From Octopus vulgaris (lineage: Eukaryota), in contig OX597817.1 of assembly GCA_951406725.2 (NCBI GenBank), positions 127,038,001 to 127,102,000 on the forward strand: DNA of 64,000 nucleotides. The letters are read 5' to 3'. Numbering within the stretch: the stretch's first letter is position 1; each line of letters starts with the position of its first letter. The notes beneath the pieces are model-generated. The model ran no database searches. It saw only the letters and a program-made list of their open reading frames with translations, and was not told where the DNA came from. Below, piece by piece: positions 39,001-52,956 of the stretch. Position numbers and translations under genes: made by a program.

Positions 39001-41847
39001 AGCGAACATTTCTCTTATGATAAATAGATATACTGTAACAAATTTCACACATTCTCAAAATATTTCAAATAAAAAATATATAATCACTTTTTTTATGAGA
39101 ACAATTGCAAACAGTGGTAGACAGTGAGCGAATTTTAGAAATAAGTAGCAATAGATTAGGGTAACGTATTTCGATGATTGAACAGCATAGGAGAGAGAGA
39201 GAGAGAGAGAAGGGGTGGAGAAAGATGTCGCAATGAACGAAGATGAACATTGTAATAGAAGCGTGTGCTTCAATCAATTATAACTAAAAATCCTAATTTT
39301 GATTTTTAAAAATATTAAGATTGAAGCTTTCCAGGTATTTTATCTTTTATTTCACAGTTCCTTTGAGTTTTGGAAGTCACGGCTGCAGCTGAAACTCTAA
39401 GCTATTTAATATACATAGTTTTTCAGCTCCAAAATTTCATTTAGAAGCGTAATCTTTATATAACTTTAGGCAACATATCTGTTGGCAAAAAAATACTTTG
39501 TACATGTTCTTATGTATATTATACCGCAAGGTAACGAAACCCTGGGAATGCATCAGTGATTAATTGAGTTGAGAGTACTGGGGTCCAAGTTGAGTTATGC
39601 TTCTGCCGGGATCAAAAAATTTGTTTTGCAGTAGTGTAGGTTGAGAGAAGAAAAAAAGAGAAATTGGTGGATCAAATATTGGAGTTTGTGAGTAACATCA
39701 TGCAGATCAGGAAACTGGCACATCTTTCGGCGTTTCTTTAGTCATCTTTTTGCGTGACAGGAGTATGCATGTGTGTAGTTAGGGCCTCCAGAATTGTGCG
39801 TAGTATCATGAAACTCGTGTAAGTAAGAAGCATTGTTCGCAAATATTTGTATGTGTACCGAGTTTGTGCATTTCTGTTATTAAAGGCGATAAAATGATCT
39901 TAATAGAAATGGAGGCTGATTTCAAAGATGCTAATCATGGAGTCATTTTGAGATAAGTGTCTGCCCGTGTTTAATGTTTCAGTTACGTACGCCGTAAATT
40001 TATCTTGTGCCTTCGTATTAAAAATTCTCAAAATGTTTGAACACGTGTATGTTTCAGAGGGTAATCGTCGGTGCTGTACTTCTCACATTCAATTTGGCAT
40101 TTATTCCTACAGTTACAGAAATGTGATTAGTGAAATATAAGCCCATGACTGGAATTACAAATTTGCCTACGAGATCAAGCATGCAACATTTCTGCTGATA
40201 ATTTAATACCTATTTCTCATAGGGATTATATCAGTGAGTTGTAATAAAATCATTTGCCTCATCTTGTAGCATTGGGATTCTGCTATCATATACTAACTAT
40301 ACAGTAACAGATGTATTAATATTGATTTTCACCTTTGAAACAAAACCTCATATATTTGGTGTTATTATAGTCGATTACATTAGTACAAGTACTTCTCTAG
40401 CACTTTCTTTTATTGAACACAAAAATATATGCAGTGTTGTCTCAAGTGTGGTTCTAGTTGAAAATAGCAAAATGGAAGCTGTCTCGTAATGAATATTCAT
40501 GTGTCACACCCTTTAATAAAGTTAACGACATTTGTGCAGCTCACGCCATTCTTGAAATAGTAAGAAAATTTATTGTCAAAGATGTAGAAATGAATATCAA
40601 TCTCTTGTAAGGCAATTATAGAAAAGGAAAAATTCCTTTACCTTTTCGGTCTTCTAATGATCAGAATGACATTCATGATACCCACTCACATTTCAAGACA
40701 TTTGTCCCTTTAACATAGTTTCGTCAGTAACATTTAGAATCTGTAAGGATACATAATTAAAGGTTTGTAGTAATTATGTCCATTTTTGTTCTGAAATCTA
40801 ACTCCATCCACATCAACCTTGCTAAACATCTTTCATGGTTCGATATATTGAGGGCTATTCAAGAACTGAAGAGTATTTAATCAAATATATACAATGGAAT
40901 ATAAGGTCGTTTACGGTATGTTGGAATGAATCATTTACGCATTTTCTAAGGTTCTATTGAATGTAGACATTCATGTATTTATTGGAAAGTAAAATGAAAT
41001 TGATTAACATTTAATAATAATCTATGATTATATTTATCCTACGACTGACATCCAGATTTTAATCATATCCCAATATGAAATATGTTATTTTTACTTGCTA
41101 TACTAACGCTAAATTAAAAAGCGAGCTTATCAAATTTGTTTTATTTCAAATTGTTCAGTTAGAGTTCAAATGCCAAATAGGCTCTGTTTTTTTAAATTTG
41201 TTCATATTTGCAGCATCCCTTCGGGACAACGTTTTATGACTACATAAAAAAAAAATTTCCCTTTCTTAGAGCGTTGCGGTTGTGGAAGTGAAAAAAAGAC
41301 ATTGAGATAACATATTATTAGAATTTTATTTTGGTGTTTTTTGATATCTTATTACGCTGTGTAGATATTATAGTGTACCATCATAAAATAAAATCTATTT
41401 AAGTATTTACTAATATTTCTGTCCATTATCTCCTGACTACATTATTCGGAGAGCAAAACAAAATAAAAGTGAACAAAATAGCATGCGATAAAGACCATAA
41501 TAATATTAGTTGTATCTTATTTCCTGAGCTTAGGGATATTGAAAGTAGTCAGATAGTGGGGTTATAACTTCATGTTTTCTAAATGAAGTTATCTATTTTC
41601 TATTGTTCACTTTGAATTCCTAGATACAGAATTCCTAGATACACCAGGCAGTCAACAAAGATTAGAAGTGCACGATTTCTTTCATGTACATAAATGTGAG
41701 AATATGTTTATGCGTGTGCGCGTGAGTATATATGAATGTATGTAGGTAGGCATATGTGTGTGTGAATATATGCATATATATGTTTGTATACATCTGTATA
41801 TATATATATACATATATATACATATATATACATATATATATATACAT

Positions 41848-41930
<83 letters not shown>

Positions 41931-41941
41931 CAAACACACAA

Positions 41942-41976
<35 letters not shown>

Positions 41977-42339
41977 CATATATATACATATAAATGAATG
42001 TGTGTCATTCATATATTTCACCCTGGGCACCACAATGTCTGTTATTTCATTTAAAGTTTTTTCCATTGATTTTTCATACTTTTTTGTGAACAATATTTGT
42101 GGAAATAAGGATATTTCTTTATGCCATTCGACTCCTTAAAAAACGACGCTTTGTTTAAGGTTAATATGGTGTAACATTAACACATCTTTTATTCAATAAA
42201 AGTAGACAATTTTTTAAACGCATACTCTTGATTGTATGCACTCTACAAACCCTATATCGAATATAGAAAATCACAATACACAACTCTCCAAAATCACCAA
42301 TTTTCAAAATAAACATATTTCCTCTTATTTATTTTAACT

Positions 42340-44125
42340 TTCGTGAAAGGCCTGCTAAAACTGAAACAGCGAATTAGGAATAGGGACTTAATGTGCCTCC
42401 CCACGGTCAGGTCTGGCAGACTTTCGATAGACAGCCCACAAAACTATGTCCAAGCCATGATACAGCACATCAGTAACACAAGAGAGGTTGCACCACAGGA
42501 ACATGAAATAGTAGAACAATTTCTCAGTGCAGACCTGGGAACGTGGTGCAACATACTGCAGCCCAGGAAACGGACTGCACAAAATTTACAAGCATTCCAC
42601 AACAATGTTGCTACACTGTACGGATTACGAAAGGACCATAAACCCTACATAAACTCTGTTACGGGCCCTCAAACTGGCCGGTTTGCGGAGCGAATATATC
42701 CAGCAATTTTCAGCAATTATATCCTGATTCCTCTCACAGGTGTTACTACCACTCCTTGAAATGTCCCCAGATGTATGTGTGAGCAGAGAGGATCTTCTCA
42801 GTAGAGTCAGTACTTGCAACCATTCCAGTGACCCCGCAGTTTGTGTAGTGGTTTTACTCAACCCATCTATAGATGTAGATTTTGCTGTGATACTGGAGAG
42901 CCGCGAAGTCAACACGAGGGAACTGGGCTTCCTCCTTACACTATAAGCTATGACCGTAACTATCTACACAACCATGACCTAAGTAGATTCTGTCTCATCA
43001 GGTTACAGAGAGGAAAACCGCCCTTCCTCACCTCGGCAGTGAAGAAAAGCACCGCTGGAGTGCTGGAGTGGCTGTACCATACCAACCTAGGAACCGGTGA
43101 ACAACAGTCAGCTGAAAACAACATGATTGCGCAAGCTGTAGGAGCCAGCGTATGAACCACATTGAAGAACGACATAGTGAAGTTTGATGGGAAACTATAT
43201 ATGCAGGTTCAAGATGCAGCCATTATTGTCCGTGCGGCTGGGGATATAGCTGGTTTCTTCATGACCTGGTTGGACAGAAAACTTAAACAATCCTTAGCTG
43301 AATAATCCACAACTGTATTGCTTGTATTTCTTTACTGTAGGTATGTTGAAGAGATCAATATTCTAGTTTGGCCAATCCTAGTAAATGTAGTGTAGAGACC
43401 GAGAGGAGCATAATGAGAGCATAATGAGAGCATCCAGAACGTAGCTAACTCCATCCACCAAAGTATCAAGGTAACTATAGATTACCCCACTAGGTACCCT
43501 AACAATAGACTTCTTGTCTTTGATATTGAACTTTGGTTCGAGACTGTAAACAACAGTGTGCCATTCCTCCATTCAGAGCCCAGAGCCTCTAAATACGTTC
43601 TTCACAATAACTCAGCTTTGTCACACAATACGAAAATCAACATACTGATAGCAGACTTATTTAGGATAATGAATAACATGTCCCTCATATGCGAAAGCTA
43701 TGAAACAAGGAAACATGTACAGAACTTCATGCACCGCATGTTATTTCCTGGATATGAGCTGAAAGATAGGATTCGTATATACAGGCTAGTTAGAAAGGAT
43801 TTAGATAGCATTATATATAATGAAACCAGTGGTACCCGCCATAGATACCGAGCTAAAGACTGAAATAATATACAGAGAGTTTGTGACAAGGCAAACAAAA
43901 TATACAGATGGTACAGGGATGGCCAATGTCAAGGAGTGATGTTTGTAGAGGTCATCCCGCATGGGAAACTAGCCGGTAGATTTAGGAAAGCTCTGAAAGA
44001 GACCAAACTCAACATTGATATTGTTGAAAATAGAGGGAACTCAATCAGATCAAAGTTATATAGGACGTAGCCATTCAAAAATATCACATGCGCTAATGAA
44101 AATTGCGTGGTATATAACGTTAACT
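42340..44125 (+). mobile_element. Decayed Penelope-like retroelement (RT region, truncated near the endonuclease linker)
   Basis: PTVRSGRL (TDKSG-like), LYGLRKDHK, KFDGKLYMQVQDAAI, YCRYVEEI (RYVDD-like, ~43334), NSALSHNTKINIL; many stops and frameshifts. Confidence 0.75.
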
Positions 44126-44352
44126 GTGGTGGTCGTCGTAGTGGTGACAGCGGCAGTGGTGGCGGTGGTGGCGGTGGTGGAGGAGGAGGACGACGACGAC
44201 GACGACGAGAAGGAGATAAAGAAGAAGAAGGAAGAGGGGGAGGATGAGAAGAAGGAGATAAAGAAGAAGAAGAAGAAGAAGAAGAAGAAGAAGAAGAAGA
44301 AGAAGAAGAAGAAGAAGAAGAAGAAGAAGAAGAAGAAGAAGAAGAAGAAGAA
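44125..44352. repeat. Compound (GGT)(GGC)(GGA)(CGA)(GAA)n microsatellite
   Basis: Direct reading. Confidence 0.95.
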
Positions 44353-45174
44353 CCAGAAGATACAAAACGCTGATCTACTAAGAACTAACTGAATTAAGAA
44401 GATACGTGTATTTATCAAGATATCGGGACTCAAATATAAACGTGCAATCTAAAATTACAGTGTGGAATTCTTGACGATAGGACTGTCAATTCTAGCATAC
44501 AGAATGAATATAGAAAAGTTCGTATTTTCGTTGGTGAATGTAGATTTAATGTCATTACACGTACAAAAAGATTCTAGAGCCATGTTAACATAAATCAGAA
44601 TGTCGCTTCTGATATGTACTGATTGCGAGATAGTTTTAAATGTATTTGCATTCTGTATATTCTCAAATGAATTATTTAAATATATACAATATGAACATTT
44701 TACCTTGCAAATTTCAATGTCTCACAAAAAGCATATTCAAGCAATTAGTTATAGCGAATCTAAGGATCGTGAATAATGCTGCAAGAATGAAGGGATCTTT
44801 TGCAAAATGGTATATTATCACAATTATTCATGTCTTAAAACTTAAACTTCCGAAAGGTTCTAAAGGAAACAATATATGTGTGTTTATGTGGCTGTGTGTG
44901 TGCGTATTCATTTGTATGTACACACACACATTCACGCATACACACATTCACACACACATATATATACATTTATATGTATGTATCTGTGTATCTGTTTGCA
45001 TGCTTGTACGTATGTATGTATCTATGTTTGTATGCAGGTATGTATGTAAATAGGTAGGCAGGCAGGCAAACAGGCGGGCAGGTAGTGGAAATTCCAGCTG
45101 CTATCCCCTGAAGCACATATGCCTGTTCTATAATTATAATCCAATGCGTAGTTGCAGCTGTTGTGTTATACTTG

Positions 45175-45464
45175 CAAAGAACATATTAATATTGAAAATT
45201 GTGGAAATATTTACATTATTTACAATATTTACATTATTTACATTCGGCGGATATTTGTCCTCATCTTGTTTGTTGTTAAAACAACTTTTCGGCTGACATA
45301 CCCTCCAGCCTTCTTCAGGTGTCTTGGGGAAATTTCGAATCTGGGCTCTCATTGGTATTTTTCAATGTTATTATTATTATCATTATTGTTGTTTTCATTG
45401 TTCAGGTCACTGCTTGGAATCTTTTTTGTTATAGTCTCCAGACGTATTTCGATAGAAATGTCGA

Positions 45465-45465
<1 letters not shown>
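45175..45465 (-). mobile_element. Short hammerhead-bearing element family H2
   Basis: Reverse complement matches 5528-5688; abuts (TA)n. Confidence 0.78.
45278..45323 (-). ncRNA. Minimal type-I hammerhead ribozyme (H2), core boxes intact
   Basis: Minus strand: gacac-CTGAAGA-a-GGCTG-gagggtatgt-CAGCC-GAAA-agtt-gtttt; helix III C>A substitution relative to the 5591 copy. Confidence 0.65.
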
Positions 45466-45513
<48 letters not shown>

Positions 45514-45527
45514 TCTCTATCTATCTA

Positions 45528-45606
<79 letters not shown>

Positions 45607-45626
45607 GTATGTATGTATGTGTATGT

Positions 45627-45890
45627 ATGTGTTCTTGAGCAACACACTTTATTTCACGTTGCTCCAGTTCACTCAGCTGTAGAAATGAGTTGCGACGTCA
45701 CAGGTGCCAAGCTGTATCGGCCCTTGCCTTTCCCTTGGACAACATCGGTGGCGTGGAGAGGGGAGGCCGGTATGCATGGGTGACTGCTGGTCTTCCATAA
45801 AACAACCTTACCCAGACTTGTGCCTCAGAGGGTAACTCTCTAGGTGCAAACCCATGGTCACTCATGACCGAAGGGGATCTTTACCCCCTT
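45627..45890 (+). mobile_element. SINE family C, 5'-truncated
   Basis: High similarity to 31945-32205. Confidence 0.9.
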
Positions 45891-45943
<53 letters not shown>

Positions 45944-45959
45944 ATATACGTACGTGTAT

Positions 45960-46110
45960 AGTAAAAGGCTTTCTTCCCAACCATATGGTTTCAGGTTCAG
46001 TTCCATTGCCCGGCACCTTTGGAAACTGTCTTCTACTGTGGCTGCGGGCCGACCAAAGCCTTGGAAGTGGATTTGGGGCACGGAACCTAAAAGACCCTTG
46101 TCGTACATAA
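45960..46110 (+). mobile_element. SINE family B, head only
   Basis: cttcccaaccatatggtttcaggttcagttccattg..ggcacctttggaaactgtcttctactgtggctgcgggccgaccaaagccttg. Confidence 0.8.
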
Positions 46111-46113
46111 ATA

Positions 46114-46147
<34 letters not shown>

Positions 46148-47779
46148 TAACGTTGAAATTCGTTGTCTCCGTATAATTAGATTTTTTATGATGAAATAAC
46201 TAAAAGAAATGCAAAACTTCAGCTTTATTGCCCAGATAAGTCATAGAAGAAAAGGAATTTTTAATCAAGAGACGGTTTTATAATAAAAATACCTATTATA
46301 AAATTCTAAACATCAAATCTCCCAGGCCAAATGCATCTGATTATGACGCCAATGTATCTATGAATAATAGAAGCATAACTTTACGTTGTTACGCTCAGAG
46401 CGTAATGTATGGAGAAGAGATGCGGTTTATAAAAGATTACACCGAAACATTCCAAGGTCTTAACGCTTCGTGGATGTAATCTGATGTTAACACTCTATTC
46501 TGGCAATTGCGCTGGTGTAATTTTTAAGTGGGTATTAGAATACCAAGCGTCTGTGCCTGCTCTTCATATCTAGTAATTTTATCCCATATATCATAAACAT
46601 ATTTTTCCAACATCGAAATGATCTAAAGACAATTTTCTAAGTATCCTCTTCCAATTAGTGTTTTTTTATGGATTATATAATTACCAGAATACGGGTCAAT
46701 GAGTTTTCTGTCTTTCACATAACACTTTTTTTCGCTTTCTAATAATTCTTTGTTGCGCGACAAGAAGAAACGAAAAAGAGACGACTTCAAAGTACTAAGT
46801 TCTCTTGATGGTTATATTTGAACTCAGCGTTCTGGTTAATAGACTTCATATCTTTAATAAGTGAGGTGAAAAATTATCAAATGTAAATATAGAAGAGAAT
46901 TTTGTAAAATCGTAATGGTACTCCAAAATAATTCACAACTGTCTTCTTGTAATCAACAGCCGTAACGAAACATTTCCTTTCGACAGAATGCATAATGCGC
47001 TAAAGAATTATCAGAGAAAGCATGCCAAGAGAAAAATTGCTAATGAAAATGTGAATAACTTATAACATGATAATTGTTATTTTGTTATTAAAGTGATTTG
47101 CAGCTATCTTACATCCCAGATTGAGAAAAATCTTCTTTTTTCGGAATCATATATTGTATTATACGAAATTATTCTTATTATTTTTGTCATTCGTGTTTGT
47201 CCTTTGTTTTGTAATTATAGTTCACAGCATCAGAGTCATTGTTACAGGAATCATAATTCAATTTCCCCATTATGTATTAACCTTTTATTACTAAATATTC
47301 AAAAAGTATTTAAATCTGATAACGTTATTACTGCAGTGCCTTGAGCTGCATCTTTAACAGAACCTCCATTGCGTTATTTCACATAGCACTAAATTGACTG
47401 TTTTTTTTTATCTCAGCGTACACTTAAATGAAACTAATATAATTCAACGACCTAAGCAAGCCAAATAAAAAGCAAATTTACCCAGACGGATAATATTCTT
47501 CCAACAACATTCTTCAACCTGGGAGGCTGCAATTTAAAACAATGCATATCTTCTCCTTTTGTTCTGTAACAGACTTATCCTCAGCACCAGTTTTACAAGT
47601 TCATATAATGTCGTCAATAGCGGACATGCACTAAGGAGAGTGCTATTCATAAATCTGATATTTATGGAGTTAATCTACACATTTCGTTCAGAATATGGCA
47701 CACTACCCTCAACTTACTTTTTGGTGTTTTTGGTGCTGTACTAGTGAATGTCTAATACATAAATTAAAAAATAAATAAA

Positions 47780-48035
47780 TAAAAAAATAGAAGTTTGTTT
47801 TAAACATTGGGATTACATAGAGAGTATTTTGCGTAGGATATGAGCAGTTCCCATGAGCACTATCTTTTGAATTTCTGCCATTTTGGGGTTTCCTGGTATC
47901 TGAGTTAGGTAGCAATTAGCCCCTTTCGCTATCATTCCTAGGGAACCTATGACAACAGGTATTGTTTTAGTCTTCAGGTTCCACATTTTGCTGATTTCTA
48001 TTTCAAGATCTTTATATTTGCTCAGTTTTTGGTAT
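47780..48035 (-). mobile_element. RLE-type LINE (R4/Dong-like) short 3' fragment
   Basis: KLSKYKDLEIEISKMWNLKTKTIPVVIGSLGMIAKG...IQKIVLMGTAHILRKILSM*; paralogous to 48330-48555. Confidence 0.85.
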
Positions 48036-48052
48036 TATCATTATTATTATTA

Positions 48053-48141
<89 letters not shown>

Positions 48142-48143
<2 letters not shown>

Positions 48144-48978
48144 GTTTGACTTTTGCTTTGTATCTGTACAAGTTGACTCCAAGTCTCATCCAGAGAGCTC
48201 AAGAGACAACATGTTAGATGTTCATGTTGATGTTATGCCTAGGGTGTCATATATTTGGTTTTGCACGTAGTATTGTACTGGAGAATGTTTAAGAAAACAT
48301 ATGAAAATTATAAATTTGTTTTAAAATTTGAGATTACATGAACAGTATTTTATGTAGGATATGGGCAATTCCCATGAGAACTATCTTTTGAATTTCTGTC
48401 TTTTAGGGTTTCCTAGTATCCGAGCTAGGTAACAGTCAGCTCCTATTGCTATCATTCCTATGACGGCTATGACAACAGACATTGTTTTAGTTTTGAAACT
48501 TCACATGTTGCCAATTTCTATTTCATGGTAATTATACTTGCTCAGTTTTTGGTAGCTCTTGACGGATACATTAATGTCGATTGGGACAGTCATATCATTG
48601 GAGGGGCGTGACTTTTGTCTGAAGTCTTTCAAAATATTGTCTGGTCTATTCGCATCTATTTTTCTGTCAGTTTGAACGATGAAGCTCCAGAGGAGGTTAG
48701 ATGTGATCATTTTTAATCACTGGAGGTAGTTTGTGTTCCCACCAGTTTTTTTTTTTATCATGGAGCAGGTCCAGGGTTTTGCAAATTACACAGTGAATAT
48801 CTTGTGCCGCTCTATCATGCCTGTTGAGATGCTCTGTAGGCGCAAGAAGACTGCACATGGGGACAGCATGATAAATGTATGGATTCATTTTGTTGTTTAC
48901 ATACACGACATGTTGGGCAGCTGCTGTTCTTTAATATGTTGACCAGATAGCTCGTTGTAGGTAGACATTTAGGCATTG
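48142..48978 (-). mobile_element. RLE-type LINE (R4/Dong-like) 3' end: CCHC knuckle + restriction-like endonuclease + 3' UTR, with (TAA)n tail at 48040-48141
   Basis: CSLLAPTEHLNRHDRAAQDIH..IC, LWSFIVQTDRKIDANRPD, DMTVPID.N..KSYQKLSKY; stop codon at ~48334-48336. Confidence 0.88.
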
Positions 48979-48979
48979 A

Positions 48980-49053
<74 letters not shown>

Positions 49054-49109
49054 GTTATTATTATTATTATCATTATTATTATTAGTATTATTATTGATGA
49101 TGATGATTA

Positions 49110-49370
49110 TGTCTTGACTCAGCTTCGTCCTTATTTCTGGTAGAATTTATGTGGTTAACTGCTTACGAATCTGAAAGCTTTCAATAGTCTTTCAAATTTC
49201 TAAGACCTTCTTGATGATCTTTCCGGTCCCTAAGAGGCAAGAAGTTCTACAGGACTTCCTGTTCCAATCTCTCCATCAACCATTTGTCTATATTTTTACT
49301 TACTGTTTATTCCCAAAGCACTAATTATTACCGGCACAGCCTTTAAAATTTTCATGCGCAAAATTCTTGT
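49110..49370 (-). mobile_element. Older RLE-type LINE 3' fragment with (TAA)n tail at 48982-49110
   Basis: AVPVIISALG...KNIDKW...SCLLGTGKIIKKVLEI*. Confidence 0.6.
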
Positions 49371-50037
49371 ACATTAACAAACGTGAGGGTCTTCATCGGT
49401 TTTCGTGAGATTTCATGGAAAATCCATTGCTAATTATAGCTGGCTGAATTATCAACATATGGTTATTCGTTGGTTAACGTTTACACTTAATAAAAATGTT
49501 ATCGCTGCCGCTAAATATTCATGGTAAATATAAAATATCACTCGATTATAATACTTATAATGATATATAAGTTTTAAATACGTTTGTTTTTCTTTACAAT
49601 CAAGCGATGTCATACTTTTGTGAACGTTGATGTACGAATTTCGATAATGTATTTGGCTTGCAGAAATAGGAGTGAAATTTATTTTTATATTTGATATTCA
49701 TATATGCATAAAAAAACACGGAATTGTTCATTCCTAAAAGGTACTGAATATGAAATAGACATACTTTCATCGAACCAGTTGTTTGAAACCAAGAATTCAA
49801 AATTCTATTACACATTCAATGGACAATGATTTGGTAGAATGGCATTAATATATTAATATTGTTGAATATTATCTATAGAGTTGCATAGTGAAAAGATACC
49901 TTGAAAGGTTTCTATTTGATTGAAATTTTCACCTTGCTTTTAGCTTTTATTCGTACACATAACATATGCAGACACATCTATGCACACATACACACTCACA
50001 AATACACATGCACACACACACAATCCCCCCCACACAC

Positions 50038-50068
<31 letters not shown>

Positions 50069-50231
50069 GATACAATAATAATATATTTTATATATATATA
50101 ATTATATATACACATACATCTATATAAATATATATATGTGCATATGTATATATATATATATGTACATATACATGTATACATATATACTTAAATATACGCA
50201 TATATACAAATGCACACACATGCGCACACAA

Positions 50232-50294
<63 letters not shown>

Positions 50295-50300
<6 letters not shown>

Positions 50301-50680
50301 CGCTGCGGTGCTTGTGTGCAAAAAGGCTTGCTTCCTAAACACATGGTGCCAGGTCCAGTCGTACTGCGTGTTCACTTGAGCAGAATGATTTCTGCTATAC
50401 TCTCCGGTCGACATATTTTTTGTTAGTAGAGATTTAGTACATGGAAACTGAAAGAGGTCTGTATTTGTGCGTGCGCATCTGTGTCTTTGTGTATGTGCTC
50501 TTTCTGCGTGTTTCTGCGTGTGTGTATGTGTGTGTGTGTGGGGGGGGACATTTTGTTCTTTTTTTACGAGCTTGCAACTCAGCACTTCGGTATGGTCAAC
50601 CCATTGAATAAATACTGATGTTGATTCATTCGACTAAAACATCTTCAAGTCGGGGTCGCCGCCTAATGACTAAAAAAGTA
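50295..50680 (+). mobile_element. SINE family B, diverged copy
   Basis: gcttgcttcctaaacacatggtgccaggtccagtcgtactgcgtg head; gattcattcgactaaa tail. Confidence 0.75.
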
Positions 50681-50744
50681 AATGATAATGTGTGTGTGTG
50701 TGTATATATATATATATAGATATATATATATATATATATAACAA

Positions 50745-52956
50745 CATACCTTCTACTTCCTGCCTCCTCCACAGAGAAGCAAAACACAAGATTTGGCGTC
50801 CGGAAGATATAAAAGCGAACCTTATATGTGCACTCGTACACAAAAAAACATTCATATGCTGTATGTTCTACGGTATCAGTTGACGAATTATGGTCATCCC
50901 TCAAAGCAAATGTAATCTGGTTGACTGACCAGGCAGTTCCCGTTGAGCTTCTCAAGAAGAAGAAACACAAACCCTGGGTGACGAAGAAGGTTAAACGAGA
51001 ACTTCGACTCAGAGATATTGCTTGCGCTGAATTCAAAAATCTGGATTCGACTGCAGCTTTTGAGGTGTACAAAACTCAACGAGACTGAGCCGTGAAAATT
51101 GAAAAGGAAGAACGCTTCTGATATGAATACAAAATCGCGGCAAACGCCAGTAGCAATCCAAAAACCTTCTTTGCCCATGTCCAACGGAATTCCCGCTTGA
51201 ACAACCAAATTGCAACGTTGCTAGACTCAACAGGCGTTTCGATTGAGGACCCTTATCAACAGAGTCAATTATTTGCCGAGGCTTTTTCAACTATTTTCAA
51301 ACAAGATGATGGTCGTGAACCCCCTCCATTTGATAGATCGGTACCTCCAATGCTTCGATTGGTCATCACGCGGGACGAAGTCAAACGCGTTATTCAAGAC
51401 CTCGATGTCAACAAGGGTCACGGCCCTGACGGCATACACCCACAGGTTATCAAAGCGTTGGCTCCGGTCATCTGCGAGCCCTTAACACGTCTATTCAATA
51501 TGTCATTTGCGACGGGTGTTATACCTGCTGACTGGAGAACAGCGATAATCTGCCCAATTTTCAAGAAAGGGAGCCGCGAGGTCCCGCTTAACTACCGACC
51601 GGTTTCCCTTACATCAATAATCAGCAAGATTTTCGAAACCATTTTTAAGAAAACTATGATGCTCCACCTTCAAAACACAGCCTCTATCTCTGATTCCCAA
51701 CACGGCTTCATGCCGAAGAGATCATGCTTGGCCAACTTACTGGTAATGGAACAATTGGTGACGCGCATCCTCGATGATAGTGATGCGGTTGACATCGTTT
51801 TATTGGACTTTGCCAAAGCTTTTTACTCGGTAAACCACCGCCTATTACTTGTCAAGCTTCAAGCATATAGTTTCCATCCGGATATTGTACGATGGGTTGG
51901 TGCCTTCCTCTCAGATCGCTCCTTCCAAGTCCAAGTCAATGGTTCGCGATCCGACGTCTCCAGTGCGAGCAGTGGCGTGCCTCAAGGTTCAGTGCTTGGG
52001 CCCTTATTGTTCTTAGTCTTCATAAATGACTTGCCCGACGACCTCACGCAACACACCCTTCTATTTGCCGACGATGTCAAACTGGTCGCTCCTTGCGGTG
52101 ATATAGAGGATCTTCGTCGATGCCTCCACCAAGTTTGGAGATAGTCTAACGAATGGGACCTGTGTCTGAACGTGTCAAAGTGCTGTCATCTGCCTGTTGT
52201 CTCTCCTCCTGCAACTCAACTTGATTTCGAGCCGGATCGTCTGCTGCAGGAGAGGACCGATCAGGTAAAGGACCTGGGTATCTTGGTGGATTCCTCCTTT
52301 TCGCCCTCTGCCCAGTGCGTCCATGCTGCCAACAAAGCACGCGGAATTCTGTTCTTGATTCGACGGTAATTCGGAATGTTCACAGCAACCATATTCCTAC
52401 CGCTCTATGTCACGCTGGTGAGACCCATATTGGAGTACGGGATTTAAGCATCTTCTCCTTATCTCCTCAAATACATACAGCATCTCGAAAGAGTCCAGAA
52501 GCTGGCTACCCGCATGGTTCATGGTCTCAAGAATTTGTCTTATGAAGAAAGGCTGAAGACGCTCGAACTTTATTCTCTAGAAAAACGCCGCCGCTGTGGA
52601 GATCTCATTCTCGCTCACAACATCATAAGCGGAAAGTGCAACCTCTCCAAAGAGCTGTTCTTCACTCCTTCTCCAGAGCATCGGCTGCGAGGTCATTCCG
52701 AAAAGCTCTATCTGCGACGATTTCATCTCAATCGATGGAGAGGGGCTTTCTCCGTCCGTGTTGCGGATCCGTGGAACAAGCTGCCAGATGAGATGGTGAA
52801 GATGCCGACGACCGCTTTGTTCAAAGTCTCCCTTGACCTCAAGTGGCCTGAACTCTTTACATGATCACCACCCTGTACATAACTCCATGTCCCCCTACAT
52901 GGCCTTACGTTTTGCTTTTTGAGCCAAAAAATTAACTAACTAACTAACTAACTAAG
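50745..52956 (+). mobile_element. 5'-truncated CR1-clade LINE, ORF2 RT region with in-frame stops, (TAAC)n tail
   Basis: KGHGPDGIHP, PIFKKGS...NYRPVSLTS, QHGF, LDFAKAF, SGVPQGSVLGPLLF, LFADDVKL, VKDLGILVD, LRGHSEKL; tail aactaactaactaacta at 52933-52955. Confidence 0.95.
51197..52144 (+). pseudogene. Reverse transcriptase domain of the CR1-like LINE (longest open segment, 315 aa)
   Basis: Canonical non-LTR RT motifs; flanked by premature stops at 51086-51088 and 52142-52144. Confidence 0.93.

Noticed and set aside
42015-42140. Possible minus-strand host exon (GVEWHKEISLFPQILFTKKYEK...) after ttttttaag
   Set aside because: Weak donor, no recognisable domain, no partner exons identified
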